From: an uncultured bacterium | GTDB lineage: Bacteria > Chloroflexota > UBA5177 > JANWHV01 | Reading direction: 5' to 3' | NCBI GenBank assembly: GCA_963827235.1 | Contig: CAWHAE010000009.1 | Span: forward strand, 256,001-320,000 | Length of the DNA stretch: 64,000 nucleotides | Part shown: one piece after another, positions 42,301-51,463 of the stretch | How the letters are laid out: every line of letters starts with the position of its first letter | Numbering within the stretch: the first letter of the stretch is position 1 | Notes under the pieces: generated by a model | Told to the model about the DNA's origin: nothing | The model's database searches: none | Seen by the model: the letters and a program-made list of their open reading frames with translations, nothing else | Program-made: the position numbers and the translations under genes

Positions 42301-43060
42301 TCTGGCGCGCATGCGCGGCGACTTCGTGGCCTCTGTCAGCCACGAGCTGCGCACGCCACTCACGGCCATCGTCGGCTATGCAGAACTGCTGGAGGCGCGC
42401 TGGAGCATGCTGGCTGACCAGGCGCGACTCGAGCACGTGCGCCGGATCGTCTGGTCCGCCAACCGGCAGTTGCGCCTCGTACAGGATCTGCTGTTGGTAA
42501 GCAAGCTGGACTTGGGAGCGCCAACCCTTGAGTGCAGGCCGGTGGACCTGGAAATGCAGGTGCAGCTCGCAATCGCCGAGCTGCAGGGCAGCTATCCCGG
42601 CCAGCGCGTGGAGACGGTCGGCCCACCGGAGATCCGGGTACACGCGGACGCGGCACGGGTCAGCCAGATCCTCGTCAATCTCCTGGACAATGCCGCCAAG
42701 TACTCGCCGGAAGGAAGCCCCATAGAAGTGGACTGGAACGTCGTCGCGCCGGAAGCGAGGATACGGGTGCGGGACTACGGGCCGGGCATTCCGGCTGAGG
42801 GACGGCAACGGCTCTTCTCGCGGTTCGGCCGAATCTCCGGGAGCCGGATTCGGGCCGGCCGGGTAGGGACGGGGATGGGCCTGTTCCTGGCCCGCCAGCT
42901 CGCCCGAGCGATGGCGGGTGAGCTGGAGCTCGAAGACACCGGACCGCAGGGGACCATTTTCTGCCTGCGGCTGCCGCTGGTTATCGAAGGGTTCTCTACA
43001 GAGTCGGTCGGTCGGCCAAATGCCGGCACGGCGAACGATGAGCAGGGCAGAAGTCTCTAG
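39365..43060 (+). CDS. Sensor histidine kinase: Reg_prop beta-propeller repeats + Y_Y_Y + GAF + HisKA + HATPase
   Basis: Repeated D..G.LWVGT..GL; YRVQLEGF..RYTNLRPGAYVLRV; SHELRTPLT; NLLDNAAKYS, DYGPGI, GTGMGL. Confidence 0.92.
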   Translation: MSSWLGMQPRHLKLVTVGRVKLCVDPVELADARDPTELPSLPCTALGQDARGFLWVGTQNGPMLFDGCYCGTPAALSGMGGSTINCLCFGGNDTVWAGTEGSGIAWIQIGLTGPRLRRLLTRSDSLPGDLIHSLCSDRRGRVWAGTPDGLALLEHGCVARVMGALDGLPAARVNALGYDTRDRLWVGTDRGVVVLVDGAVSFTGDQACPFTEDLVQRFYCDPLGQLWAGTRAGNLFRAEVGADGRVQVAYVHGWGSPIADICMAADGRLWVATLEGVFVLTAGVLSDHLAVADGLPSADTSALYCDRDGRMWAATRKGLAVLLDVDYPVHVLVGADLRARVVWNIEPDANNCMWLGTDSGLIAVSGEDSQVLHLPDLPETLRDNAIWAVRHDGLRQIWASQRRNGLFCLDASTGAPLAHMLADRGVNVIAMCMVGQQDLWLGTSRHGLICVDMRLRKVVGEIGTADGLPETLVSCLHLDGAGRLWAGTLSGRLVCIDPVQRAILSTLELATHGPAPSALCLMHDTRSGLWAGTSAGLMSIDPDRNTILRTIGAADGLRSLTVLGCTVDARGHLWLGTGCGVIRYAPDTGTLAVIDRSMGLPHDECDQNAVHLDDRGRLWIGTAKGPAIIDTNRIPIDVPPCPVVLTGFLVMGEERDVTPDLELEDSDCDLQFSYAAVSFTAPTLVLYRVQLEGFESGFSSPSTERSRRYTNLRPGAYVLRVSACNWGGTWSTPLEIPLRIVRNHQAQEAEEALEHERFEKEVYRAAATRLEDLNQRLAEASRLNGELLEQTRASYADTLARQERLSALQTISSTLAATRTPSEVGEQIMRISALYLDAPFIRIRLLSADRAWLEHVIASTNDTEDPRFPKRRPYDDQVPSAEAVRTGRPVWLESPEEMLARFPDFARKMRERGFLANVTLPLLTDGEAIGSMGLMFTAPRRFRGDEREFLLAVASLAAQAVDRAWLYAREQKRAQTAEDLARMRGDFVASVSHELRTPLTAIVGYAELLEARWSMLADQARLEHVRRIVWSANRQLRLVQDLLLVSKLDLGAPTLECRPVDLEMQVQLAIAELQGSYPGQRVETVGPPEIRVHADAARVSQILVNLLDNAAKYSPEGSPIEVDWNVVAPEARIRVRDYGPGIPAEGRQRLFSRFGRISGSRIRAGRVGTGMGLFLARQLARAMAGELELEDTGPQGTIFCLRLPLVIEGFSTESVGRPNAGTANDEQGRSL

Positions 43061-43081
43061 AGCTAAGCCTGAGCCTCCGGA

Positions 43082-43320
43082 TTAGCCGGCTGCACCACGC
43101 AGCGGCAAGACGACGCGGGATCCATCGTGCTCGATCGTGACTGCCGGACTGGTCGGCATTGCAGTGTGCGCAGGCTCACCGGACAGGAACAACACGAGAC
43201 GAAATCGCCGGCGGAACTGCATGCCGGTGTAAGAGCCGATCCGCTCGCCGATGCTCAACACGCCCGTTTCGTCATCCCAGTCGAAGCGGACCGACACATA
43301 TGAGCCGCCCTCGTATTTGA
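43082..43320 (-). pseudogene. GH31 glycosidase C-terminal (DUF5110-like) fragment
   Basis: YEGGSY..VRFDWDDETGVLSIGERIGSYTGM...RFRLV. Confidence 0.65.
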
Positions 43321-43321
43321 C

Positions 43322-43556
43322 GTGAAGGCAATGGTTCCCGGACGCTTTTGGCGGTAGCATGGGCAAGCTCATGATGGCGTTGGCCGAAGGGCGCGAGCCG
43401 GCGACAAACGGCGAGGACAATCTGCAATCGCTGGAAATGGCGTACGCGGCAGTGACCAGCTCCGAATCCGGCGGCGTCTGTGCGGTCTCGGGCGGAGCCG
43501 AGACGCAGGGTACGGAGTCGAGCGGCGGATCCACGCACACAAAGAGCAGAGGCTAG
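43322..43556 (+). pseudogene. Gfo/Idh/MocA oxidoreductase C-terminal fragment
   Basis: WFPDAFGGSMGKLMMALAEGREPATNGEDNLQSLEMAYAA..S. Confidence 0.7.
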
Positions 43557-43585
43557 CCGCGCCGCTGGAAGAAAAGGAGGAGTAT

Positions 43586-44707
43586 ATGCCTGCATATTCG
43601 CTGTTCGCAGATGCCGATTGGCCAAGATTGGAGCGCGACTGGACGGCATGGTGGGCGGGGGGGCTCGAACGACCGATAATCGTGCTGGAGACACGTGCAC
43701 CGCGCCCTGGTATCGACTGGAATACGTTCGACCCGTTCCTCACCCAGTTTCCGCCGGAGACGCCGGTCGACTCGATGCTTGATCACAGCCAGCTCCTGCT
43801 CGACGCGACACACTATTACGGCGATGCCTACCCCAAATGGGACTCGAACTTCGGCGCCGGCAACGTCGCCGGATTTCTGGGCGCCGCATGGCAGCACAGT
43901 CATGACGTAAGGACGACCTGGTTTCACGGACCGCCCAGTGCATCGCTGGCAGAGATCGACGTGCGGTTCGATCCGGCCAATCCCCTCTGGCAAACGGTTC
44001 GGGCAGCCACGGAACGAGCCATAGAGCGCTGGGCGGCCCAGTGCACAATCGGCTATGCCGATCTGGGCGGCAACCTGGATGTGCTGGCCAGCCTGCGCGG
44101 CACGCAGAATCTGCTCTACGACCTCTACGACGCTCCTGAGGAGATCGAGCGGCTCTGTCCACGGATCACGAATGCCTGGCTACGCTACTACGACGTGTTG
44201 GATGAGCTCATCGCGCCGACGCCGAAGGGATCGTCGTGCTGGGCGCCGCTCTGGTCTCCCACCCGAGCCTACATGCTGCAGAGCGACTTCTCGTACATGG
44301 TGTCGCCGGCGGTCTTCGAACGCTTCATACTGCCCGATCTCGAACGCTGTTGCGCGGCGATCGACTACCCCTTCTATCACATGGACGGCAAGGGACAGCT
44401 CAAACACCTGGACATGCTGCTCTCGATCGACAGGCTGCGCGGTATCCAGTGGCAGCCCGGCGACGGCGCCCAATTGGCCGATCAGTGGCCGGAAGTGCTG
44501 CAACGTATCCGCGCCGGGGGAAAGCTCTGCCAGATCTACGTCGATAGAGAAGGAGCTTTCAAGGTTGCCCGGGAGCACGGCGGAAAGGGATTCGTGTTGT
44601 CCATCGTGGAACAGCTCAGCGATAACGACGCGACAGAGTTCATGGAGGCCTTCGAGCGAGAGTTCGCGCCCAATAAGCGGGCCGCGGCGATCCGGCCAGG
44701 CATGTGA
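43586..44707 (+). CDS. Uroporphyrinogen decarboxylase (URO-D/CIMS-like) superfamily protein
   Basis: AGGAGG RBS; NFGAG.VAGFLG, DLGGNLDVLASLRG..NLLYDL, LQSDFSYMVSP..FERF, YHMDG, IQWQPG. Confidence 0.85.
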   Translation: MPAYSLFADADWPRLERDWTAWWAGGLERPIIVLETRAPRPGIDWNTFDPFLTQFPPETPVDSMLDHSQLLLDATHYYGDAYPKWDSNFGAGNVAGFLGAAWQHSHDVRTTWFHGPPSASLAEIDVRFDPANPLWQTVRAATERAIERWAAQCTIGYADLGGNLDVLASLRGTQNLLYDLYDAPEEIERLCPRITNAWLRYYDVLDELIAPTPKGSSCWAPLWSPTRAYMLQSDFSYMVSPAVFERFILPDLERCCAAIDYPFYHMDGKGQLKHLDMLLSIDRLRGIQWQPGDGAQLADQWPEVLQRIRAGGKLCQIYVDREGAFKVAREHGGKGFVLSIVEQLSDNDATEFMEAFEREFAPNKRAAAIRPGM

Positions 44708-44884
44708 CGAGGACATCGAGCACCATGGCGCTACCTGCGCCCCGAGCGAGTTCAGGCCTGGCGGGAAGCCGACGAGCTGGCGGGCAAGGCGCTCATGCGG
44801 GCCGGCCGCTGGATAGTCTGATGCCCGACCCACTCTCCGATCGACGCCGAATCCCGGCCGGAGCTGCGATGAAGCGCAGTCCTC

Positions 44885-46081
44885 TCATGCCCGCCGTGCC
44901 GGCAGCGGCATGTCGACTATCTCGCCTGCCGCCTCGATCTCGAGCTCTATCTGCTCCGAGACGAAGTCAGGCCGGAAGAACGCCTGGGCAATCATGGTCG
45001 GCACCACGGCCGAGAGAATCACGACGGTGACGAGAATGGTGTACTGCGATTGCGTGATCAGCTTGTTGGTCAGTCCGAACAGGGCGGAGATGGTGCCGAA
45101 CGTGAGCCCGGTGCTCATCAGCAAGGTGAGATAGGCACTCTCCCGCGGCGGCATCCGCAGCCTCCGCGCGGTTGGCCACACGCCGACACCCTTGGCCGAC
45201 AGCTTGACGAGCAGGAAGAGGGCAATCAGCCCGGCGCCGGAGAGCACGGCCGGCAGCGACACGTACAGGCCGGCCTTGAGGAAGTAGAACGGCGTCAGCA
45301 GCGAGAAGGCAATCGACCGCATCCGCTCCACCAGCTGGCGGTTCTGCACGAAGACGCCGGCCACCACCAAGCCCACCAGGTAGGCGGGCAACACCGCCTC
45401 GCTGTTGGCGCCCTGGGCCAGCCATCCCAGGAACAGCAGGACGGCAAAAAGAAACTTCACCTCCGGCTCCGACACGCGGCCGCCCACCGAATCGATCACG
45501 AAGCGGGTGGCTCTGGGCAGGGCTATGAGCGCTACGCAGGTCACCGCCGCGAAGAGCGCCAGCCAGCCGTTGAAGTCGGCAAACAGCACGCCCAAGGCCA
45601 GCACGGTACCCAGGTCCGTGACAAAGCAGGCCGCCAGGATCAGCTTGCCGAAATCGGTCCGGTTGAGTCCGGTCTCTACCATCACCGCGTAGACCACGGC
45701 CACGGATGTGGTGGAGAGGGCCACGCCGGCAATCTCCGACGCGTGCACGTTCCAACCGACGACAAACCGCGCCACGAGCAGGGCGCCCACGAATGGAAAA
45801 CTGAACGACACGGCGCCGATCGCCAGCGCGGCTTTGGCGTGCCGCCTGAGCGCCTCGGGATCAATCTCGGCACCGGCCAGAAAGGTGAGCAGTATGGATC
45901 CGAAACCGGCCAGGAAGTCGATGAAGGGCACCGTGTGCATGTGCAGAAAGTTGCCGCCGACCACGCCCACGGCAATCTCGACCAGGGCCACGGAGATGCC
46001 AACTCGAATGGAGATGACACTGGCTACGAGTGCGAGAGCAAGCCAGGCCGATGCGATGAAGTAGATGCTGCTTGTGTCCAC
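44885..46081 (-). CDS. Cation:proton antiporter (Na_H_Exchanger family)
   Basis: About 12 TM; LTFLAGAEID, ALSTTSVAVV, ACFVTDLGT, TPFYF, LMSTGLTFG. Confidence 0.92.
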   Translation of the reverse strand: MDTSSIYFIASAWLALALVASVISIRVGISVALVEIAVGVVGGNFLHMHTVPFIDFLAGFGSILLTFLAGAEIDPEALRRHAKAALAIGAVSFSFPFVGALLVARFVVGWNVHASEIAGVALSTTSVAVVYAVMVETGLNRTDFGKLILAACFVTDLGTVLALGVLFADFNGWLALFAAVTCVALIALPRATRFVIDSVGGRVSEPEVKFLFAVLLFLGWLAQGANSEAVLPAYLVGLVVAGVFVQNRQLVERMRSIAFSLLTPFYFLKAGLYVSLPAVLSGAGLIALFLLVKLSAKGVGVWPTARRLRMPPRESAYLTLLMSTGLTFGTISALFGLTNKLITQSQYTILVTVVILSAVVPTMIAQAFFRPDFVSEQIELEIEAAGEIVDMPLPARRA

Positions 46082-46157
46082 GAGAACCCGCGTCTTTCGT
46101 TGCTAAGACCGGGCGGGTTCGCCGTAGAGTGCCTCGCCAAGCGCTGGCGCACGGCAC

Positions 46158-46198
46158 AAAAAAGCTCCCGACCGGCCATTCTCTGACCTAGCAGGAGC
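46158..46198 (-). terminator. Riboswitch expression platform terminator
   Basis: Minus strand GCTCCTG...CGGGAGC followed by TTTTTT; the 5' arm is the aptamer 3' end. Confidence 0.75.
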
Positions 46199-46255
46199 CA
46201 TCAGCAGCCGAGCTGCGGTTTCAACACCAGTGTTGGGGCGGTCTCCATCGCCACT
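46191..46255 (-). ncRNA. Fluoride (crcB) riboswitch
   Basis: GGCGATGGAGACCGCC...AAACCGC-agctcggct-GCTGATGGCTCCTGC matches the GGCGAUG/CGCC, AACCGC and GCUGAUG..UCCURC consensus; TGTTACGAT extended -10 immediately upstream. Confidence 0.9.
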
Positions 46256-46409
46256 GCCCGTATCGTAACAGACCGGGTACGATACCGCCAATGGCGAAAT
46301 AGGGATGTCGGCAGGCGCACGCCGTGGCGTACGCATCAGTCCGTGCTCAGGTAACCCGGCCGCCCCACGCTTCCGCAGGTCGAACATGTGCCGACCAGAG
46401 CGCCGCCCC

Positions 46410-46838
46410 TCAACGCACGATCAGCACGTGGCAGGTGGCATGCCGGCTGACCTTCTCCGCAGTGGTTCCCATGAAGGAACCCCAGATGTGCGAGTGGCCG
46501 GCATGGCCCAGGACTACCAGATCGTAGCCGCCATCCTTGGCCACTTGCACGATCGTCTGAGCTGGGTGCCCCGGCACCACCTTGGTCGACAGGATGAGTC
46601 CATGCTCGGCAGCAACATGGCGGGCCTGCTCCAGCACCGTCCCGTAGAAGGCGTCCCGTTCCTCCTTCACCGCGTCGAACTCGTCAATGGTGCCCACATA
46701 GGTAGGCAGCCCCTCCTCCACGGAGAGGCAACAGAGGTCGGCATGCTGCTCCTGTGCCAGCTGCACGGCGACGCCGAGTGCCTTGATGGATGACGCTGAA
46801 CCATCGCAACAGGCGAGAATGCGGTGAAACACAGTCAC
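46410..46838 (-). CDS. Universal stress protein (USP)
   Basis: FHRILACCDGSASS..AL, GHPAQTIV, DLVVLG, MGTTAEKVSRHATCHVLIVR. Confidence 0.93.
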   Translation of the reverse strand: MTVFHRILACCDGSASSIKALGVAVQLAQEQHADLCCLSVEEGLPTYVGTIDEFDAVKEERDAFYGTVLEQARHVAAEHGLILSTKVVPGHPAQTIVQVAKDGGYDLVVLGHAGHSHIWGSFMGTTAEKVSRHATCHVLIVR

Positions 46839-47036
46839 CTCCTCGATACCGCTGTGGCGCGAGCACCGGTGTAAGTACAGACGCGCAACGTGGGCAATCG
46901 CTGCACGTGCACTGTGTGCGCAGCGCTGTGCGAGTCGGCCGGCATCGACGGACCGCCAGAAGGCCGAGCTTTACGCCAGGTGGCGGCAGGTAAGAGTCTG
47001 CGGCGATCGTCGCGATGCAAGGCCGACCTGGCACAG

Positions 47037-47065
47037 AGCATAGTCCTGTCTCTGGCGGCAGTCAA
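47037..47065 (-). promoter_or_regulatory. Sigma70-type promoter for the USP gene
   Basis: Minus strand TTGACT-N17-TATGCT. Confidence 0.65.
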
Positions 47066-47133
47066 CGGTGGGCGCACCCTCCTTTAGCGGTCCTCCGTCA
47101 TCTTGCCTCGCCGCCGTCGCGGTGAGCCTACGC

Positions 47134-49335
47134 CTACGCGATCAGCTCTGCCTCGCTCGTGGTATCGCCAGCCTCATCCGAGCCCCGCCCTGCCAGCGCG
47201 TGCTTCAGCTGCTCGCCTTCGATGTCTAGATTCGGCATCGCCCGATCGAGCCATCGAGGCAGCCACCAGGCGCGGCGGCCCAGCAGCGCCATCACCGCCG
47301 GCACAATGGTCATCCGGACCACGAAGGCGTCGGCCAATACGCCGAAGGCGAGGGAGATGCCGACGGCCTTGATGGTGGCATCGCTTGAGAGGGCAAAACT
47401 GCCGAAGACTGTGAACATGATCAGCGCCGCGGTCGTCACCACGCGCCCACTCTGCGCAAAGCCGATTACTACGGCGTCGCGGGCGTCTCCGGTATGCACG
47501 AAGCGCTCGCGCATGCGCGAGACCAGGAAGACCTCGTAGTCCATGGCCAGACCGAAGAGGATGCCGATCAGCAGCACCGGCAGGAAGCTGAGCACCGGTC
47601 CGGTGTTCGTCACGCCGAGAAGGCTGGTCAGGTGCCCGTCCTGGAAGATGGAGACGACAACACCCAGCGAGGCGAAGATACTGAGCAGAAAACCCAAGAC
47701 CGACTTGAGCGGCACCAGTATTGAGCGGAACACCAAGCCCAACAGGATCAGGGCCAGGACGACCACCACCACCGCGAACTCCGGTAAGGCAGCGCTCAAC
47801 TTGTTCGACACATCGATGTTGATCGCCGTGGTCCCGGTCACCATCATGTTCACGCCCGTCTGCAGGCGTGCCGGCACCGCTTTTGCCCGCACCAAGTTGA
47901 CCAGGTCCTCGGTCTGTTGCGTGGAAGGCCCGCTGCGCGGGATAACGGTAATAATCGTCACGTCGCCGGACCGGTTGTGCTGCGCCGGACCGACCTCGGC
48001 CACGTCGGGTAGTGTGCGCAGCTCCTTCGTCACCGCCTGCGCGATCAGCGTGGGGTTCTTCCCAGGACCGTCGACCACGATCAGCAACGGCCCATTGAAG
48101 CCGGGGCCGAAACCCGCGCTCAGCAGATCATAGGCGCGTCGTTCGGTCGAGGTGGTGGGCTGCGTGTTGGCGCCGGGCAGCCCCAGCCGCATATGGAGCG
48201 CCGGCAGCGCCAGCAGGACCAGCGCGGACACGCTCACCAGCACGACCGGCCAGGGGTGGCCGGTGACGAAGCGCGCCCAGCCCAGGGCGAAGCGGGGCGC
48301 ACGGGTCGCCACGTCGTCGCGGCGGAACAGGCCCCGGCCCAGCCGAGCACCGCCGAAGCCGAGCACGGCGGGCAGCAAGGTGACGGCAACCAGCACGGAC
48401 ACGGCCACCGTGCCCGCCGCGGCCAGACCCATGACCGTCAGGAAGGGGATGTTGACTATCGACAGACCCGCGAGCGCGATCACCACGCTCAGCCCGGCAA
48501 AGATCACGGCACTGCCGGAGGTGGCGACGGCACGGCTGGTCGACTCGGACGGCGCCTGCCCCTCGCCAAGCTGCTGCCGGTGCCGGGAGACGATGAAGAG
48601 GGAGTAGTCGATGCCCACGGCCAGGCCGAGCATGATCGCCAGGATTGGCGCCGTCGAAGATTCGTCGACCACGCGGGAGAGCGCCGTCAGCCCGAGCATG
48701 CCGATGCCCACGCCGACGACCGCCATCAGCAACGGGATGCCGGCCGCCAGCAGGGAGCCGAAGGCGATCACCAACAGGATGTAGGCGATCGCGATGCTGA
48801 CCCCGATCGAGCTGTCGCTGGCCGTCCGTGCCGCCACCACCCCACCGCCGAACTCCACCTGCACGCCGGCCGCCCGTGCCGGCTGCGCACTGTTCGCCAG
48901 ATCGGTCCTGGAGGCATCCCTGATCTGGCTGACCGCGACCGGGTAGATCACGCTGGCGTAGGCGATCCGTTTGTCCTGCGACACGGTTCCGCCGCTAAAC
49001 GGATCCATGACGGCCACCACCTGCGGCGCCGAACGGGCTTCAGCCAGCGTGTGCCGGATCGCGGCCTGGTGCGTGGCGTCGGTGAGCGTTTGTCCGGCCG
49101 GCACGGCGAACACGATGGTCGCGGTGGTGCCGCCGGTCCCCGGGAACTTCGCGTTCAACAGGTCGAGGGCCTGTTGGCCCTCGGTGCCCGGAAGCGAGAA
49201 GGTATTGCTGGTCGGCCCCTGAAAGGCGGCCGCGCAGCCGGCGACGATGCCCAGCACCACCAGCCAGAGCAGGAGCATGCGGCCACGGTGCTGGAAGGCC
49301 CAGCGCCCCACGCGATACAAGGCGGATGCCATCAT
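47134..49335 (-). CDS. MMPL (RND superfamily) transporter
   Basis: LYRVGRWAF, GLAVGIDYSLFIVSRHR, AYDLLSAGFGPGFNGPL, FGLAMDYEVFLVSRMRE, AWWLPRWLDR..PNLDIEG. Confidence 0.95.
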   Translation of the reverse strand: MMASALYRVGRWAFQHRGRMLLLWLVVLGIVAGCAAAFQGPTSNTFSLPGTEGQQALDLLNAKFPGTGGTTATIVFAVPAGQTLTDATHQAAIRHTLAEARSAPQVVAVMDPFSGGTVSQDKRIAYASVIYPVAVSQIRDASRTDLANSAQPARAAGVQVEFGGGVVAARTASDSSIGVSIAIAYILLVIAFGSLLAAGIPLLMAVVGVGIGMLGLTALSRVVDESSTAPILAIMLGLAVGIDYSLFIVSRHRQQLGEGQAPSESTSRAVATSGSAVIFAGLSVVIALAGLSIVNIPFLTVMGLAAAGTVAVSVLVAVTLLPAVLGFGGARLGRGLFRRDDVATRAPRFALGWARFVTGHPWPVVLVSVSALVLLALPALHMRLGLPGANTQPTTSTERRAYDLLSAGFGPGFNGPLLIVVDGPGKNPTLIAQAVTKELRTLPDVAEVGPAQHNRSGDVTIITVIPRSGPSTQQTEDLVNLVRAKAVPARLQTGVNMMVTGTTAINIDVSNKLSAALPEFAVVVVVLALILLGLVFRSILVPLKSVLGFLLSIFASLGVVVSIFQDGHLTSLLGVTNTGPVLSFLPVLLIGILFGLAMDYEVFLVSRMRERFVHTGDARDAVVIGFAQSGRVVTTAALIMFTVFGSFALSSDATIKAVGISLAFGVLADAFVVRMTIVPAVMALLGRRAWWLPRWLDRAMPNLDIEGEQLKHALAGRGSDEAGDTTSEAELIA

Positions 49336-49476
49336 CGCCGGTCCCTCCTCGGATTGTGGGGCATAGTGATCGGGAGCGGCCGGCGTTCCATGAACAGTGC
49401 GTGTGTGCGCGTCACGAGATCGTTCCCTTCGCTGTGGTGAGCTAGGCATTGCCGGTGCCGTTTGGCGGTAGTACAC

Positions 49477-49531
49477 TATGAACAGGAGTTCAAGTTCCTA
49501 TGCCATCAGTATGAACGTGAACCCAAGTTCC
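49477..49531. promoter_or_regulatory. Two candidate TetR operators, TGAAC-N4-GTTC(A)
   Basis: TGAAC-AGGA-GTTCA and TGAAC-CCAA-GTTC between the divergent MMPL and TetR genes. Confidence 0.6.
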
Positions 49532-49569
49532 GTCAATGGCTCGTTCGAGTAGTAGGAGAACAGTCGTCC

Positions 49570-50157
49570 ATGAACCCCGCCGGAGCGCACGCTAGACGCG
49601 CCGACTCGACAGCAAACCACGCACGCATTCTCGCGGCGGCGCGATCGCTGCTCGCGGAGCGCGGTCTCGATCTGGAAGTGGACGCTATCGCCGAGCGTGC
49701 AGCGGTCAGCGTCGGTGCGCTGTACAGCCATTTCACCAATCGCGACGCCCTGGTGCGCGCCGTGCTCGGCCAGACGTTGGACGAGGCGATGACTCGCTTT
49801 CGCGCCGCGGCGGCGATCGAGGATCCGGTCGAGGCGCTTCGCCAAATCCCCCTCGCCTGCGCCGCCGACCGGCTACTCTTGGTCGCGTTTCGCGATCCGC
49901 GCAGCAGCAAGATCCAGCCGGATATCAAGGAACAGCGATACGTAGTCGGCACCGAGCTGTACAGGATGGTGGAAGGCATCCTCGAGCGGGGCATGCAATC
50001 TGGTGCGTTTCGTCCGGACCTTGATCCGCGCATCACTGCTTCTGCCATACTCTGGTCTATCAGCGGTGTGGTCGAGACCGGCACCGCGGAACGGTCGCAG
50101 GACGAGCTTGTGCACGCGCTCGCCGATCTGCACAGCCATATGGTCGCCTCCCGCTGA
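49570..50157 (+). CDS. TetR family regulator
   Basis: RRADS..NHARILAAAR...IAERAAVSVGALYSHFTNRDAL. Confidence 0.92.
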   Translation: MNPAGAHARRADSTANHARILAAARSLLAERGLDLEVDAIAERAAVSVGALYSHFTNRDALVRAVLGQTLDEAMTRFRAAAAIEDPVEALRQIPLACAADRLLLVAFRDPRSSKIQPDIKEQRYVVGTELYRMVEGILERGMQSGAFRPDLDPRITASAILWSISGVVETGTAERSQDELVHALADLHSHMVASR

Positions 50158-50275
50158 ACGTCTCGGCGCGAAGCAAACCAGCTCACGGCACACTGGCCCG
50201 GCGAAGTCGCGCGCCCTCGTGCAAGCGGTAAGACCGTCGAACAGCGTAACCGGCGCGACCATCGGCTACACGGTG

Positions 50276-51175
50276 CTATGCACCGGAGAGGAATGCGGCT
50301 GCCCGTGCGCCCCATGTGCGTACGTCAGCCACGCTCTCGGACACGTGCAGCTCGGCGCGAACGATGAGCCGGGCGAGCTCTTCGGCAACCGAGACGGGAT
50401 GGACAGGGTCCGTGGCCCAGCTGAGAATGAGCGTAGACTGCGCGATGCGCGCCAGCTCCGCACGGTCCGGCACATTCGACCTACCCACTCCCCGGAGCAG
50501 GGTGGGCAGCACGTCCAGTGAGACATCCGGCGTCGAGAGGTAGCCGGAGACGCCGCTAAAGATGGGCGGCGTCGGCAGCCGTGCGAAGGCGGCCGCGATG
50601 GCCTCCGGAGTGCTCGTCTCCACGGTCGCTGCCAGTTGCTCGTACATGGCAGCCTGCCCGGCGCGGCCTTCCCACGATGTCCCCGGTGCGGTCAGCACGA
50701 GCCGCTGGAAACGCCCGGGCGCTTTGACCACGGCGTGCAGGATAGTGGCCGTGCCCATCGAGTTGCCGATCGCGGAGATCGGCTGGTCGGGAGAGAAACG
50801 ATCGGCAAGCGCGAGCAGGTCGTCGGCCAGGGCGGAAAAGGTGTACTCAGCCGGTCGCCGGCTGGCACCCGACTCGCCATGACCGCGTGCGTCGTAGGTT
50901 ATCAGGTGATGCTCGGCCGCGACGGGCGAGAAGTCGAGCAGTCCCAGGCGACGGTCGCCTGCTCGACTGAGCGTAAGCCCGTGCGCGTAGATTGCCGGCG
51001 GCCCGCTTCCGGCTTCTGAATACGCGAGCTGGATGCCGTTTACGTCGATGAACTTGGTTGGCAGCGCGGCTGCGCCGGCGCCGTCGATGTCTTTCGTCGT
51101 GACCGCGTCTCTCCGTGTACGCTGCCAAAAACAAAAAGCCGCCACGGCAACCCGCACGGCACACGATCTATCCAT
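50276..51175 (-). CDS. Alpha/beta hydrolase (start uncertain)
   Basis: AHGL, YDARGHGES, GNSMG nucleophile elbow, DPVHP. Confidence 0.85.
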   Translation of the reverse strand: MDRSCAVRVAVAAFCFWQRTRRDAVTTKDIDGAGAAALPTKFIDVNGIQLAYSEAGSGPPAIYAHGLTLSRAGDRRLGLLDFSPVAAEHHLITYDARGHGESGASRRPAEYTFSALADDLLALADRFSPDQPISAIGNSMGTATILHAVVKAPGRFQRLVLTAPGTSWEGRAGQAAMYEQLAATVETSTPEAIAAAFARLPTPPIFSGVSGYLSTPDVSLDVLPTLLRGVGRSNVPDRAELARIAQSTLILSWATDPVHPVSVAEELARLIVRAELHVSESVADVRTWGARAAAFLSGA

Positions 51176-51463
51176 ATCTATAGTACCGGCGGTGGTGGAA
51201 GCGTCAGGATCCGGCACGGGGTACCGGGGTACCCTCAGCTCGCGCACCTGTGGAATCATGTATGCTTATGCTCGATTGATGCTCGTGCCTCGATCACCAT
51301 GCGCGGGCCCGACCTGTTCGCTGATATGCCATACGACCCGGACGCTCTCTGCAAACACGGCAGCGTGCGAGTGGACAAGCGCCGGATGCATGACGGGGAA
51401 CTGCGGCGGTGCGCCTCAGACTTGCCAGCTACCGTTCTCGCACATTGATCGGAGGGACTGGCG

